Of a DNA stretch of 64,000 bases, positions 37,485 through 50,365 are shown in pieces. Position numbers and translations under genes: made by a program. The notes under the pieces were generated by a model. The model saw only the letters and a list, made by a program, of their open reading frames with translations. It had not been told where the DNA came from and made no database searches. The stretch's first letter is position 1; each line of letters starts with the position of its first letter. This DNA comes from Mobula hypostoma (Eukaryota), in the NCBI RefSeq assembly GCF_963921235.1, contig NC_086097.1, positions 241,492,001-241,556,000 on the forward strand. Reading direction: 5' to 3'.

Positions 37485-37941
37485 ACTGGTATCATGTAAC
37501 CCAGTACTACCTGTTGCATGGTTGTGTAGTCGGCGACTAAACCAGCTCCCCCACCAGGCTTGCCTGGTGAGGAGGGTGGCTAGACACCCTGCAGGATGAA
37601 AAACAAGACCTGTCAAAGTGCAGATGAACCCTCTCGTAGGGTCAACGGCCATCTAGCAAACACGTGCCATGAAGTGCGGAAAGGGCACCCCTTGCATCAA
37701 AGTTTGGTCTGGCCATTCACTGCAACAGAACTTCCCCCAGCCGTCTTGGACCCCACCGTGCCGCTAGATCCGGGAGGGGATGCCGAGAGGGTGGGTCTGG
37801 ACCTGTGCAACCCCCTACTCACCTAAAATCCATTCATTCACACACTGTTCCTTTCTGAGGAGTGGGGTACCACCACACTAACTGACTGAAAGGAACCATC
37901 AACATCCTATGGGATGAATAGCCACAGAGAGAGAGAGAGAA
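37485..37941 (+). mobile_element. Short retroelement with RTE-like 5' region and (GA)n tail
   Basis: GC-rich discrete block with GCAACCCCCTACTCACCTAAAA motif, ending in (GA)n; family assignment tentative. Confidence 0.5.
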
Positions 37942-37970
37942 AGATTTTATTATGTTCGCTATTCCTGCCT

Positions 37971-38348
37971 TGGGTGGTGGCGTGGTGATACATCTCTACC
38001 AAAGGAAGTGTAAGGTACTCCTTCCTTCTGCTAGCCTGCAGCTCACCCCTAGGCTAGGTGTAGCACCTGCTTAGCCCCCAGATCAGAGTCACGCGAAGCC
38101 ATGGGAGCAGGTGGTGGATGGTGGTATGAGCAGCTGGTGCATATCACAAGTCCTGGCTATGTGACCACTAACACCAGGCAGACAATCTCTGAAGAGTATT
38201 GATAACGGCTGGGTCACCTGTATGGTAAAGACACTGCCCAGAAGAAGGCAATGGCAAACCAGTTCTGTAAAAAAATTTGCCAAGAACAATCATGGTCATG
38301 ACACCATGATCGCCCATGTCATACGACTCGGCACATGGTGATGATGAC
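37971..38348 (+). mobile_element. RTE-associated short element with Bov-A/BovB-like 3' motif and (TGA)n tail
   Basis: GAAGAAGGCAATGGCAAACCA..TTTGCCAAGAA..CATGG then GTGATGATGA. Confidence 0.6.
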
Positions 38349-39204
38349 GGCTCCTGCCTCTCCATGAATTGTAACCGGTGGTGTCGTGGTATCAGCACCG
38401 GACTTTGAGGTGAATGGTACCGAGCTTGAAACCAACGTGCTCCATGTATGCTTTCCATCCATACTGGGTTGAGAATTGAGTTAGTAACCCAGCCTCGTAA
38501 AAAAACAGTCAATTGCTATGGAAAAGGCAAAAATGCTGCCTGATGCACATCAAGACGTGAAAAGGATCAACATTTATTTGTTACGTGCTTCAAAACATTG
38601 GAGTATTTACTTAATGCATTGTTTTGCATCAACGATCAAAACAGTCCGAGGATTGCAATTGGGATTGCATACATCTTGCAGCAACATAGCAGGTCCACAA
38701 TTCACTAGCTCCAACCGTACGTCATTTGGGATGTGGGATGAAACCAGAACACCCAGAGGAAACCCACGCGGTCACAGGGAGAATTTTCAAATTCCTTACA
38801 GACAGTACTAGAACAGTCATCATTCCTAGCAAGAGGTTCCACCATTAAGACAAGAGGGTCAATGACATGAAAGGTAGAGTAAATGAGAGAAGAAAATAAT
38901 TCATATTTACCTCTTTATCATCTTCCCCAGACTGAGTGTTGGTCATTTCAGCCCTCAGCCTGTCTCAGATAATGAAATATATCCTGATATCATCGGGTCA
39001 CCTTAATTCTGCAACATGGCTGATAGGAGCAATATGGAAAATTGGCATCAACATTGGATTAGAAAAGGGCACAGCTGTGGGAATGAACTCCAGAAATGGG
39101 CTTAGTCTGTGCATCTGGAGAAAAATAGAGGATCTGAAGACGTGTGTGTTGGAAGAAGGGATTAAGGATCAGCTTTATTCACCATATACACTTGCGACGT
39201 TTAA

Positions 39205-39780
39205 AAGTGAGTAATGTCTCCGTTGGTCAGGGTCGACCATGGATGTTGCATCCTCGCTGTCTACATATGCAACCCTGGGAAGTACAATTTAGACAGCAAA
39301 TGGAGCAAGCTCCCCCTCTCCACGCAACTGATGGACCCAAAGGAACTGCAGAGACTGATACAGTTTGGAACCAGTTGTATTGCGGGAGGTGCCAGTCAGC
39401 ATTGAACTCAATGTAGGACTGCCTTAGGGACTCCAGCTCCAGATTTTTTTCCTGGGTTTTAATCCTGAAACCTTCCCCGTGAGTGGGTAAAGCCACAAGG
39501 CAGCAGAGGTTTGAGATCAGAGTTTTCCCTTCTCCTAGATGAGTTGCAAGCCATGGCTGACAATCCCCATCTACCCAAAGTGACTGGTTTTAAGGCACCA
39601 GTAACCCGCCTTTGCCCCTTTTCCTGTCAGTAGAAATGGTTCTGCTGGGCTTAGTAGCTAAGCCACACGTGAAGGCCGGGAGCTGGTCCTGCTTGTCAGA
39701 GGCTATTTGAGGTGCACGCCATTGGGAGCATTTAATAGGTAGTGGGCTATCAACTGGCTATAACAACCTTAAGGAACCCG
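39205..39780 (-). mobile_element. RTE-derived non-autonomous element
   Basis: Minus strand GCAACTCATCTAGGAGAAGGGAAAACTCTGAT, an RTE 5'-UTR-type motif; 3' part resembles that of the SINE at 57345-57655. Confidence 0.6.
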
Positions 39781-41577
39781 TATTCACATGTATTAGGAAA
39801 TTTATTTATTGAGATACAGCACGAAATAGACCTTTCCAGCCCTTCCAGTTGCACCACCCAGCAATCCCCAATTTAACCCTAGCCTAATCACTGGACGATT
39901 TACAATGAACAATTAACCTACCAACTGGTGCATCTATGGCCTGTGGGAGGAAACTGGAGCACCCGGAGGAAATGCCTGCAATCACGGGGAGAGCGTACAA
40001 ACTCCTTACAGACAGCGGAGGGAAATGAGCCTGGGTCACTGATTCTGTAAAGGGTCGTGCTAACCACTACACTCCTGTGCCAGCCAATTGCCATGGTGTG
40101 TTGGCCCTGCAAGCAATAAACAACAACATACAACCATTTATAAAAATAAAGTTAGAAGTACAGATGCAGAATAAAAAGTGCATGAGTACCTGCATGTATT
40201 TATAATATAAACAGCGTTATAAAAAAGTGGTTTAATGTCTTTACAGTGCAGTGACAGGAGTAATTAAGGATGAGGGACTAACTAAATTGGTTGATCATTC
40301 TAGAATGGAGAAGATAAAGATTGAAGATTTGCTTTATCTGTCACATGGACATCGAAACGGTCGGTGAAATGGGTCATTTGCGTCAACGACCAACACAATC
40401 CGAGCATGTGCCGGGGGAAGCCCGCAAGTGTCGTCAACGTAGCGTGCCGATGACTTACTATCCCTAACCCGTTGCGTCTTTTTTGAATGTGTGAGGCAAC
40501 TGTAGCACTCAGAAGAAACCCACGTGGACTGTACAAACCCCTTACAGACAGCAGTGGAAATTGAACCCTGATCTTCTGATCACAAGCACTGTAAATCATT
40601 ACGTGAGCTGCTACGCTGCTGTGCCAGTCCCGTAGTAAAAGAAGGACGAGTAATGGTTCTACATCAAGTGAGGGGAACAGAGATAACTAACAATCAGGAA
40701 TAGTTGTTTCAACTTTGCTGTTAAAAGAGGTAAAGAGTGTGATATATTAAACCATGGGAAAGAATTAAGAGGTGTGTGAAAGTAAGGACAGATTAGAACA
40801 GAAAGTTCAATGAAACATTCTTTACATAAACATATGGTATGAGGTAAAAGGCTGCATGACTTGAATCACTTGGTGTCATAGCCATTACTGTAACAAGGCT
40901 GCATGCAGTCAGCACTGAGAATTCAATATGGTGCAAAGAGACTGGAGGGGTCGTCATCTCAGTGTTAAGTGAGAGTGTTCACACTTCAACGTTGACAAAG
41001 GGTAGAGGAATAGGCAGGAGCATTTTCCAGGGTAGAATTAAAACCTAGAAAGGATTCAGGAGTCAAGACAGAGTTGCACAGAGGCTGTCTGAAAGCAACC
41101 GGAAAGAGGCAGAACGTACAAATTGTGTAGCAGAAGCCGAGTGGTTTAATGGGAAAATTTAACTTCCAAATAGATTGGGATAAGCAGACAGGGTTAAAAC
41201 AACTTCAGCTTACACATCAGTGAAAATCTGACAAGCCTCCCAGTTCGATGCTTGAAATGTTATTGGACATGCCTGGAGGAAGTAGAAGCAGGAAACCAGC
41301 TTTGAGAATAAACATCTGATTTCCAATCCAACAGTGAGGCAACTTGATATTGAATATAAAATATAAATATAAAATGGAAAGTCTTTTTTCTATTAGTTCG
41401 TAAAGGAGCACATTTAGTTGGTCCATAGGATGTATAAATGGTATCTAGTTTCTTTGGAATTATGCAGGATGTGAATGTGACAACATTGATCTAACTATAT
41501 GCCACAAAATTTTCCAGTAGTCAGTTATGGGGAAAATGCTCAAGACAATTATTAAGGAAGTGGTAACAGGCACTTGA

Positions 41578-42084
41578 GAAACATAGAAAACCTTCAGCCC
41601 ACAAAGTTGTGCGGAACATGTCCCTACCTTAGAAATTACTAGGGTTACCCACAGCCCTCCATTTTTCTAAGCTCCATGTACCTATCCAAAAGGCTCTTAA
41701 AAGGCCCTATTGTATCCACCTCCACCACCGTTGCCAGCAGCCCATTCCACGCACTCACCACCCTCTGCATAAAAAACTTACCACTGATATCTCCTCTGTA
41801 CCTACTCCCAAGCACCTTAAACCTGTGCCCTCTTATGGCAACCATTTCAGCCCTGGGAAAAAGCCTCTGACTATCCACAACATCAATGCCTCTCATCATC
41901 TTATACACCTCTATTAGGTCACCTCTCATCCTCCGTCGCTCCAAGGAGAAAAGGCCGAGTTCACTCATCTTATTCTCATAAGGCATGCTCCCCAATCCAG
42001 GCAACATCCTTTTAAATCTCCTCTCCACCCTTTCTATGGTTTCCTCATCCTTCCTGTAGTGAGATGACCAGAACTGAGCACAGT
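41578..42084 (-). mobile_element. CR1 3' fragment, same subfamily as the 10690 and 16152 copies
   Basis: 127-aa ORF ..LGLFSLERRRMRGDLIEVYK.. Confidence 0.95.
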
Positions 42085-42139
42085 GAATAATGAAAGGATC
42101 AAGAAGAGTTAATATGGAGTTATAAAAGGGAGGTCATAG

Positions 42140-42866
42140 ATCAAAGTTCAAAGTAAATTTATTATCAACATACATATATATTACTGTATACAACCCTCAT
42201 TTTCTTGCAGGCACCATCAATAAATCCATAATAGAATAATAACCATAATAGAATCTGTGAAAGACTACACCAACTTTGGCATTCAATCAGTGTGCAAAAA
42301 GCAACAAACTGTGTGAATACAAAAAGAAAGAAATAATAATAGTAAATGAATAATCAATAAATAAGACCGTAAAATATAGGAGCAGAATTCGCCCTCTCAG
42401 CCCCAGTCTCCTGCATCCTCCCCTCATATCCCTTCATGCCCTGACCATCAAGAATCAATCAACCTCCACTTTAAATAGACATTGCATACTTATAAGATTA
42501 AATATACATAAAGTGAGTCCATAGGCTCTGGGAACATTTCAATGATGGGGCAAGTGAAGTTGAGTGAAATTATCCTCTTTGGTTCAAGAGGCTGATGGTT
42601 GAGGGGTAGTAACGGTTCCTGAACCTGGTGGTGTGGGTCCTAAGGCTCCTGTACCTTCTTCCTGATGGCAACAGAGAAAAGAGAGCATGTCTTGGGAGGT
42701 GGGGGCTCTGATGATGGATGTGGCTTTCCTGAGACAGCATTTCATGTAAATATGTTCGATGCTGGGGAGAGCTTTACCCGTGACGGACTTCTTGTCCAAT
42801 CAAGGGCATTGGTGTTTCCAAACCAGGCTGCAATGCAGCCAGTCAATATACTCTCCACTACACATG
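42140..42866 (-). mobile_element. Rex1-related 3' fragment with nested CR1 tail
   Basis: GKALPSIEHIYMKCCLRKA; TTTGAAC tail. Confidence 0.8.
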
Positions 42867-43155
42867 TGTGACAAATCTACTGGAATTCATCTGGGCTTAT
42901 AACAAGCAAAACAAGTTCTTGTGGTGTACTTGGGCTACCAAAATATCCATAAGATTACTAACCAAAATTACTGCAGAGTTGAGGGGGTGGAACTGAGGTG
43001 GAGGATAACATGCAGGAGTCAATAAGGTCGTGGCTGATCTGACCATGGACTCATCTCCACCCAGCTGCCTTTTGCCCATAACCCTTAATTCCCCTACCAA
43101 AAATCTATCCAACCTTGTCTTAAATATATTTACTGAGGTAACCTTGGGCAGAGAA

Positions 43156-44415
43156 TGTGAGCTGCCTTAATGACTATTCCCTAGTAGCACTCAAATCTAC
43201 AGTGATGAAATGCTTTGAAAGATTGGTCATGACTAGACTGAACTCCTGCCTCAGCAAGGATCTGGACCCACTGCAATTTGCCTATCAGCACAACAGGTCA
43301 ACGGCAGATGTAATCTCAATGGCTCTTCACATGGCTTTAGACCACCTAGACAACATAAACACCTATGTCAGGATGCTGTTCATCTACTATAGCTCAGCAT
43401 TTAATACCATCATTCCCACAATCCTGATTGAGAAGTTGTAGAACCTGGGCCTCTGTACCTCCCTCTGCAACTGGGTCCTCGACTTCCTAACTGGAAGACC
43501 ACAGTCTGTGCAGATTGGTGATAACATATCCTCATCGCTGATGATCAACACTGGTGCACCTCAGGGATCTGTGCTCAGCCCACTGCTCTACTCTCTGTAT
43601 ACACATGACTATGTAGCTAGGCATACCTCAAATACCATCTATAAATTTGCTGACAATAAAATCATTGTTGGTAGAATCTCAGGCGGTGTCGAGAGGGCGT
43701 ACAGGAGTGAGATATACCAACTATTGGAGTGGTGCCACAGCAACAACCTGGCACTCAACGTCAGTAAGACGAAAGAGCTGATTGTGGACTTCAGGAAGGG
43801 TAAGACAAAGGAGCACATACCAATCCTCATAGAGGGATCAGAAGTGGAGAGAGTGAGCAGTTTTAAGCTCCTGGGCACCAAGATCTCTGAGGATCTAACC
43901 TGGTCCCAACATATCGATGTAGTTATAAAGAAGGCAAGGCAGCGGCTATACTTTATTAGGTGTTTGAAGAGATTTGGTATGTCAACAAATGCACTGAAAA
44001 ACTTCTATAGTTGTACCATAAAGAGCATTCTGACAGGCTGCATCACTGTCTGGTATGGAGGGGCTACTGCACAGGACTGAAAGAAGCTGCAGAGGGTTGT
44101 AAATCTAGTCAGCTCCATCTTGGTGACCAGCCTTCAAAGTACCCAGGACATCTTCAAGCAGCGGTGGCTCAGAAAGGCAGTGTTCATTATTAAGGACCTC
44201 CAGCACCCAGGGCATGACCTTTTCTCACTGATACTATTTGGTAGGAGGTACAGAAGCCTGAAGGCACACACTCAGCGATTCAGGAACAGCTTCTTCCCCT
44301 CTGCCATCCGATTCCTAAATGGACATTGAACCCCTGACACTACCTCACTTTTTTAATATATAATATTTCTGGTTTTTTGCACAATTTTTAATCTGTTCAA
44401 TATATTTATTTATTT
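43156..44415 (+). mobile_element. Rex1/Babar LINE RT and C-terminus; tail resumes at 45233-45355; inserted in a minus CR1
   Basis: [62 protein letters not shown]. Confidence 0.95.
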
Positions 44416-44416
44416 A

Positions 44417-45232
44417 TTAAGATTTAAAGGTTCAATGGTTCAATTTAATGTCAGAGAAATCTATACAATGTACATCCTGAAATGCTCTTTCTTCGCAAAC
44501 ATCCACGAAAACAGAGAGGCACCCCAAAGAATGAATGACAGATAAATGTAAGAACCCCAAAGTAGCCCCCCAACTCCTCTCCCTCCCATGCGTAAGTGGC
44601 AGCAAGCAACAATCCCCCTCCCCCCACCAGCAAAAAAAAGCAGCATTGGCACCGTCACCGAGCACTCAAGCCTGAGCAAAGCAATAGCAAAGTCACAGAC
44701 TTGCAGTTACACCAAAGACTTCGTGTTTCACCCAGCATTCGACATACCACAGATTCTCTCTTTCCCTAATAAGGGAGAAAAAGGTGTCTCCATTTTCCCA
44801 GCGAGCGGGGAGACATACCAAACAGCTCGCTGGCTTACGATGTTAAGAAGTCCATTACGTCACTTTTTGCGAGCTCTGTGCCTGAAGATCGCAAAGATCC
44901 CAGGCCTTCAGGCCCACAGCAGATATCCTGACTCCCCTGACGACACACGGGTCTCCTGTCACAACATCAACCCTCGATCCGCCCGTCTCCAGAGCCCCAA
45001 GATCTTAGGCTTCCAAATCCGAGCTGGACTCTCAGGCCTCACCCTTGGCGTGCCAAACGATGGCCAGTCCTGGAACCCCGAGAACGGGTCCATTCCCGCA
45101 AAGAACCGAAGTCAACGTGTAACTCCAGGTCAGGGTTCAAGAGACCACTGAAAGGGAAAAATAAAGATATTAAAGATGGAAATAGAGCAGTTTCCAAAGA
45201 TGCAATCATAGGAGTCGCCGTTTAGTGCCATA
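44417..45232 (-). mobile_element. Non-autonomous element with Rex1-type 3' tail, nested in the Rex1 3' UTR
   Basis: Discrete CpG-rich block; minus 3' end CTGACATTAAATTGAACCATTGAACC; flanks rejoin as Rex1 UTR. Confidence 0.65.
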
Positions 45233-46245
45233 ATTATTATTATTGTTTTATTTTGTTTTTTTTCTTCTATATTATGTATTGCATTGTACTGTTGCTGCTA
45301 AGTTAACAAATTTCACGTCACATGCCGGTGATAATAAACCTGATTCTAATTCTGATCCTGAGATTCACCACTCTCTGAGAAAAGCAGATCCTCCTCAACT
45401 CCGACCGAAATCTACTCCCCTGAATCCTGTGGCTATGTCCCCTAGTTCTAGTCTCACCTACTAGTGGAAACAACTTTACTGCCTCTATCTTATCTGTCCC
45501 TTCCATAATTTTATGTTTCTATAAGATCTCTCATTCTTCTGAATTCCTGTGAGTACAGAGCCAGGCAACTCAATCTCTCCTCATAGTCTAACCCCTCATC
45601 TCTGGAATCAACCTGCTGAACCTCCTCTGCACCACCTTCAAAGTCAGTATATCCTTCCTCAGGTAAGGAGACCAGAACTGCACGCAGTACTCTGGGTGCG
45701 GCCTCACCAATACCCTGTACATTTGCAGCATAACCTCCCTGCTCTTAAATTCAATGCCTCTAGCAATGAAGGTTAATATTCCATTTGCCTTCTTGATAGC
45801 CTGCTGCACCTGCAGACCAACATTTTGTGATTCATGCACAAGCTCTCCCAAGTCCCTCTGCACAGCCGCATGCTGCAATTTTTTACCATTTGAATAATAA
45901 TCTGTTCTTCCATTTTTCCTTCCAAAGTGGATGACCTTACACTTACCAACATTGGATTCCATCTGCCAGACCCTTGCACACTCACTTAAACTATCTATAT
46001 ATCTGCAGACTCTACGTATCTTCTGCACAATTTTCTTTTCCACTCAGTTTAGTGTCATCAGCAAATTAGATAGACTACACTCGGTCCCCTCTTCCAGATT
46101 GTTAATGTATATCGTGAACAGTTGCGGGCTCAGCACCGACCCCTGCAGCACACCACTCACCACTGAATGCCAACCAGAGTAACAGCCATGTATCCCAACT
46201 CTCTGCTTTCTATTAGTTAACCAACCCTCTATCCATGCTAATACA

Positions 46246-46390
46246 CTTCTCTGTGGATTGTCACCTTGTCGTGGTGGAGAAGCTTGTGTGGTCCTGTGAT
46301 CCCAAGAGCGCTGCCGTCTGGAGCTATGCTCCTGGTAGGGTCACCCATGGTGGTAAGGTCGAGGGTGAGGTCCCTGACAAAGAACAATCC
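46246..46390 (+). ncRNA. Putative HDV-like self-cleaving ribozyme
   Basis: P1 CTTCTC/GAGAAG, P2 GGATTGT/ACAATCC, P3 CACC/GGTG, L3 TTGTCGT, C-AAA at 46378 before P2'. Confidence 0.6.
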
Positions 46391-46652
46391 AACCAAGACC
46401 TCAACGGTGGAACAGGCGGACGAAGTTACTTTGAACTCAATGGCTGTGAAGGCGGATGAAGGCTGCAACAAATCATCGTGGTTTCCATGCCATTGGAATC
46501 AATTGATTGATTTGTGAAGTATCATGTGCTTCTTGGAGTGCAACATCAAGTACACATTAAACAAATACACACACAGGTGTCTTCGCTCTGTGGGCCACTT
46601 CTTCAGAACGAAGACCATCATCCTTGACCTCGAGGGATAGCCACGACAACGA
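46246..46652 (+). mobile_element. Complete 407-bp RTE-derived non-autonomous retroelement with 12-bp TSD
   Basis: TSD CATGCTAATACA at 46234-46245 and 46653-46664; Expander/Rex3-like 5' UTR; ACG-type tail. Confidence 0.85.
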
Positions 46653-47085
46653 CATGCTAATACATCACCCTTAACTCTATGCATCCTTATTTTATGGATA
46701 AGTCTTTTATGACCTTCTGGAAATCCACACTGTGAGCACTGGATACAGAGATGACCTCTACAGACTCACAAGTGCAGAGCTGCCTCACCAAGAAGGATTG
46801 TTCGGGTCTCTGAATGGAGTAACAGAAAGGGCAGCCATGCTTTCGGAGATTAGTGCCAGGAGGGAGATAGGTGAGGAATGACAAGTGGACAGGGAGTCAC
46901 TTTGGAAGCAATCGCTATAGAAAGCAGAGAGGAAAAAATGTGTCCTCTCTCACCCTTTCTCCTCTCCTCAGAATGATCAGAACAACATTGTGGGCTGAAG
47001 GGCCTGGACTGTGTGGTAAACGTTTTAATGTTCTATGCAATCTTCTATGTATCCTCAGGTGCAGCACTGTATGTAAAAATGACAG

Positions 47086-47560
47086 TGTAGGAGCCATGTA
47101 TCTATTTTCTGCCTGTCTGTATTGTATTTTGTGTTGTTGCATTTATATGGGTAATTTGCCAAGTGGGTTGGGGCGTAGTAGAAGTGAAAAGTATAGTTAC
47201 ATGTTCACGCTTTGACTTTGGTCAGTCTTTAGAATGGTTAGAGTAAGGAGGAAGTCAGGGGAATGACTTTGTTGACCACCTATCGTTTAAGAACACTTAG
47301 TTATGTTTAATGCTAAAGTTTAAATATGCTAATATCACTGATGTTTAAAAATGTTTGATAAAGCTTGGACTGCTTATTTTGTTATATCACTAGTTTTAGT
47401 TTCATTAGCTTTTTATTGTTATAAGATTGTTTCATTTTTGCTGGTTTCTCAATAAAGGATCGAACGTACTTTCTTTGACTTAAAACTGCATTATTTGTTG
47501 ACCACGTCACAGGGTGTCAAACCTGTAGCGGTTTTGCTTTGTTTTAAAGTAACCGCTACA
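47086..47560 (+). mobile_element. Solo LTR, 475 bp, 5-bp TSD
   Basis: TGTAG...CTACA termini; TSD GACAG at 47081-47085 and 47561-47565; AATAAA at 47451. Confidence 0.88.
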
Positions 47561-48104
47561 GACAGAAACTTCTTTATTAAGTTTGACAGGGCCAATGCAC
47601 AGATGGCCATTGCTTCAGTTAGAACCCCTGCAAACTCGTATATCAGGGGCACAAATTAAGGTGAGAATTAGTCTTCACCGAGAAGTAGTGAATCTTTGGA
47701 ACGTTCTATCCAAGAGACTGTGGAGTCTCATTCAGTGAATATATTGAAGAAACAGATCGATAGATTTTCAGATATTAAGGAATCAAAGAGATATAAGGTT
47801 GGTGCCCAACATAGGAGCCAAAATAAAAGTAACAAACAGCCTTACTGAATAGCAGGACAGGCACAAGGAGCAGAGTAATTCATTGCTTCTCCTATTTCTT
47901 TAGTTTTTATAATGATGCCATCCAATTCATATATTTGATGCTGATACAATTAAGATAAAGGACTGAGAATATTTTCCAAATCAGCTGTATGAAAGAGGTG
48001 GCACTGTAGTGTAGAGGTCAGCACAATGCTTTACAGAACCAGTGATTCCTGCTGCCGCCTGTAAGCAGTTTGTACGCTCTCCCCATGACCAAGTGGGTTT
48101 CCTC

Positions 48105-48850
48105 TGGCCCCTCTCTATTGCCAAGGGATCTTTTCTTAGGGGACCAAAACTGCTCACAATACTTCAGAGGTAGTCTGACCAATGCCTCGTAACACCGCAG
48201 AATCACATCCTTCTTTTCATATTCTAGTCCTCTCGAAGTGAATGCTAACATTGCATTTGCCTTCCTCAGCACCAAATTAACCTTTAGGGAATCCTGCACA
48301 AGTCCCTTTCTGCGTCAGATTATTGAATTTTCTCTCCACTTAGTAAATAGTCCACCCTTTTACTTCTAGCAAAGTGCATGACAGTACACTTCCTGACACT
48401 GTGTTCCATGTACCACTGCTTTGCCCATTCTCCTACCCTGTCTAAGTCCTTCTGTAGCCTCTCTACTTCCTCAAAACTACCTGCCCTTCCACCTATCTTC
48501 ATATCATCTTCAAACTTTGAAACAAAACCATCAGTTCCATCATCGAAATCATTGACATATAACATAAAAAGAATCGGTCCTAACACAGACCCCTGTGGAA
48601 CACCACTAGTCACCGGCAGCCAGTTAGAAAAGGCTCCCTTTATTCCCACTCACTGCCTCCTGCCAATCAACCAGTATTTTATCCATGTTGGAATTTTTCC
48701 CGTAATTCCATGGACTCTGAGCTTGTTAAGCCTCAGAATCACAGCCTTTCTTTTATATTCTAGTCCTTTCAAAATGAATGCTAACATCGCATTTGCCTTC
48801 CTTACCACCAACTCAACCCGCAAATTAACCTTTAAAGGATCCTGCGCATA
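48105..48850 (-). mobile_element. CR1 RT fragments with an internally repeated segment
   Basis: GVPQGSVLGP, KFEDD; the KANAMLAF segment occurs twice. Confidence 0.9.
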
Positions 48851-48989
48851 GGCTCTCATATTTATATTTGTTGTGCATTTTTTGTTTTGTTTTATTGTGT
48901 TCATTACACTGATTGTGGGTTTTTTATGCTGCATCAGATCTGGAGTAACAATTATTTTGTCCTCCTTTACACTCATGTACTGAAGAACG

Positions 48990-50365
48990 CCAGTGGTTGG
49001 GAAGTTGTTGGATTCAATTGTTAGGGATGAGATTCTGGAGTAGCTGGAGGCACATGACAAGATAGGCTAAAGCCAGCATGATTTCCTGAAAAGGAAAATC
49101 CTGCCTGACAAATCTACTGCAATTTTTTGAGGAAATTACAAGCAGGGTAGACAAAGGAGATGCAGTAGATGTGGTGTACTTGGATTTTCAGAAGGCCTTT
49201 GACAAGGTGCCACACATGAGGCTGCTTAGCAAGATAAGAGCCCATGGAATTACAGGGAAGTTACTCGCATGGGTGAAGCATTGGCTGGTCAGCAGAAAAC
49301 AGAGAGTGGGAATAAAGGGATCCTATTCTGGCTGGCTGCCAATTACCAGTGGAATTCCACAGGGGTCGGTGTTGGGACCGCTGCTTTTTACGATGTATGT
49401 CAATGATTTGGACAATAGGATTAATGCATTTGTGGCTAAATTTGTTAATGATACAAAGATAGGTGGAGGAGTGGGTAGTGTTGAGGAAACAGAGAGCCTG
49501 CAGAGAGACTTAGATAGTTTAAGGGAATGAGCTAAGAAATGACAAATGAAATACAATGTTTGAAATTGTATGTTCATGCACTTTGGTGGAAGAAATAAAT
49601 GGGCAAATTAATATCTAGATGGGAAGAGAATTCAAAATGCAGAGATGCAAAGGGACTGGGAGTCCTTGTGCAAGATACCCTAAAGGTTAACCTCTAGGTA
49701 GAGTCGGTGGTAAAGAAGGCGAATGCAATATTGGCATTCATTTCTAGAGGTATAGAATACAAGAGCAGGGATGTGATGTTGAGGCTTTATAAGGCACTTG
49801 TGAGACCACACTTGGAGTATTGTGTGCAGTTTTGGGCTCCTTATTTTAGAAAGGATATATTGACATTGGAGAAGGTTCAGAGAAGATTCACAAGAATGAT
49901 TCCAGGAATGAAAGGGTTACCATATGAGGAACGTCTGGCAGCTCTTGGGCTATATTCCCTGGAGTTCAGGAGAATGAGGGGGGATCTCATAAAAACATTC
50001 TGAATGTAAAAGGCCTGAACAGATTAGATATGGCAAAGTTATTTCCCATGGTAGGGGAGTCTAGGACAAGAGGGCACAACTGCAGGATTGAAGGGCGTCC
50101 ATTTAGAACTGAGATGCAGAGAAATTACTTTTGTCAGAGGGTGGTAAATCTGAGGAATTTGTTGCAATGAGCAGCTGTGGAGGTCAAGTCATTGGGTGTA
50201 GTTAAGGCAGACATAGATAGATTCTTGATTAGCCAGGACATCAGAGGGTAAGGGGAGAAGGCAAGGGAGTGGGGATGACTGGAGTAATTGGATCAGCCCA
50301 TGATTGAATGGTGGAGCAGACTCAATGGGCCTCCTTCTGCTCCTATACCTTATGGTCTTATCTTA
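48990..50365 (+). mobile_element. CR1 RT and 3' end
   Basis: YLDFQKAFDKVPH, GIPQGSVLGP, RPHLEYCVQFWAP. Confidence 0.95.

Larger units (their letters stand above)
45356..46720 (-). mobile_element. CR1 RT/3' region (3' UTR at about 43010-43155), interrupted at 46246-46652
   Basis: 151-aa ORF WQMESNVGKCKVIHFG..RPHPEYCVQFWSP. Confidence 0.9.

Noticed and set aside
37485..37590. Twister-like ribozyme at the start of the RTE-like element
   Set aside because: Hairpins and GAGGAGGG are present but the conserved twister loop and pseudoknot sequences were not identifiable
38911..39115. Minus-strand exon bounded by CTCCAG and GTAAAT
   Set aside because: Stops in all three frames; no support as a coding exon
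39640..39700. HDV/CPEB3-like loop GCC-TTCACGTGT-GGC on the minus strand
   Set aside because: Loop length is wrong and no consistent P1/P2 partners were found
44588..45151. 187-aa ORF
   Set aside because: Antisense frame within a GC-rich non-autonomous repeat; no motif recognised
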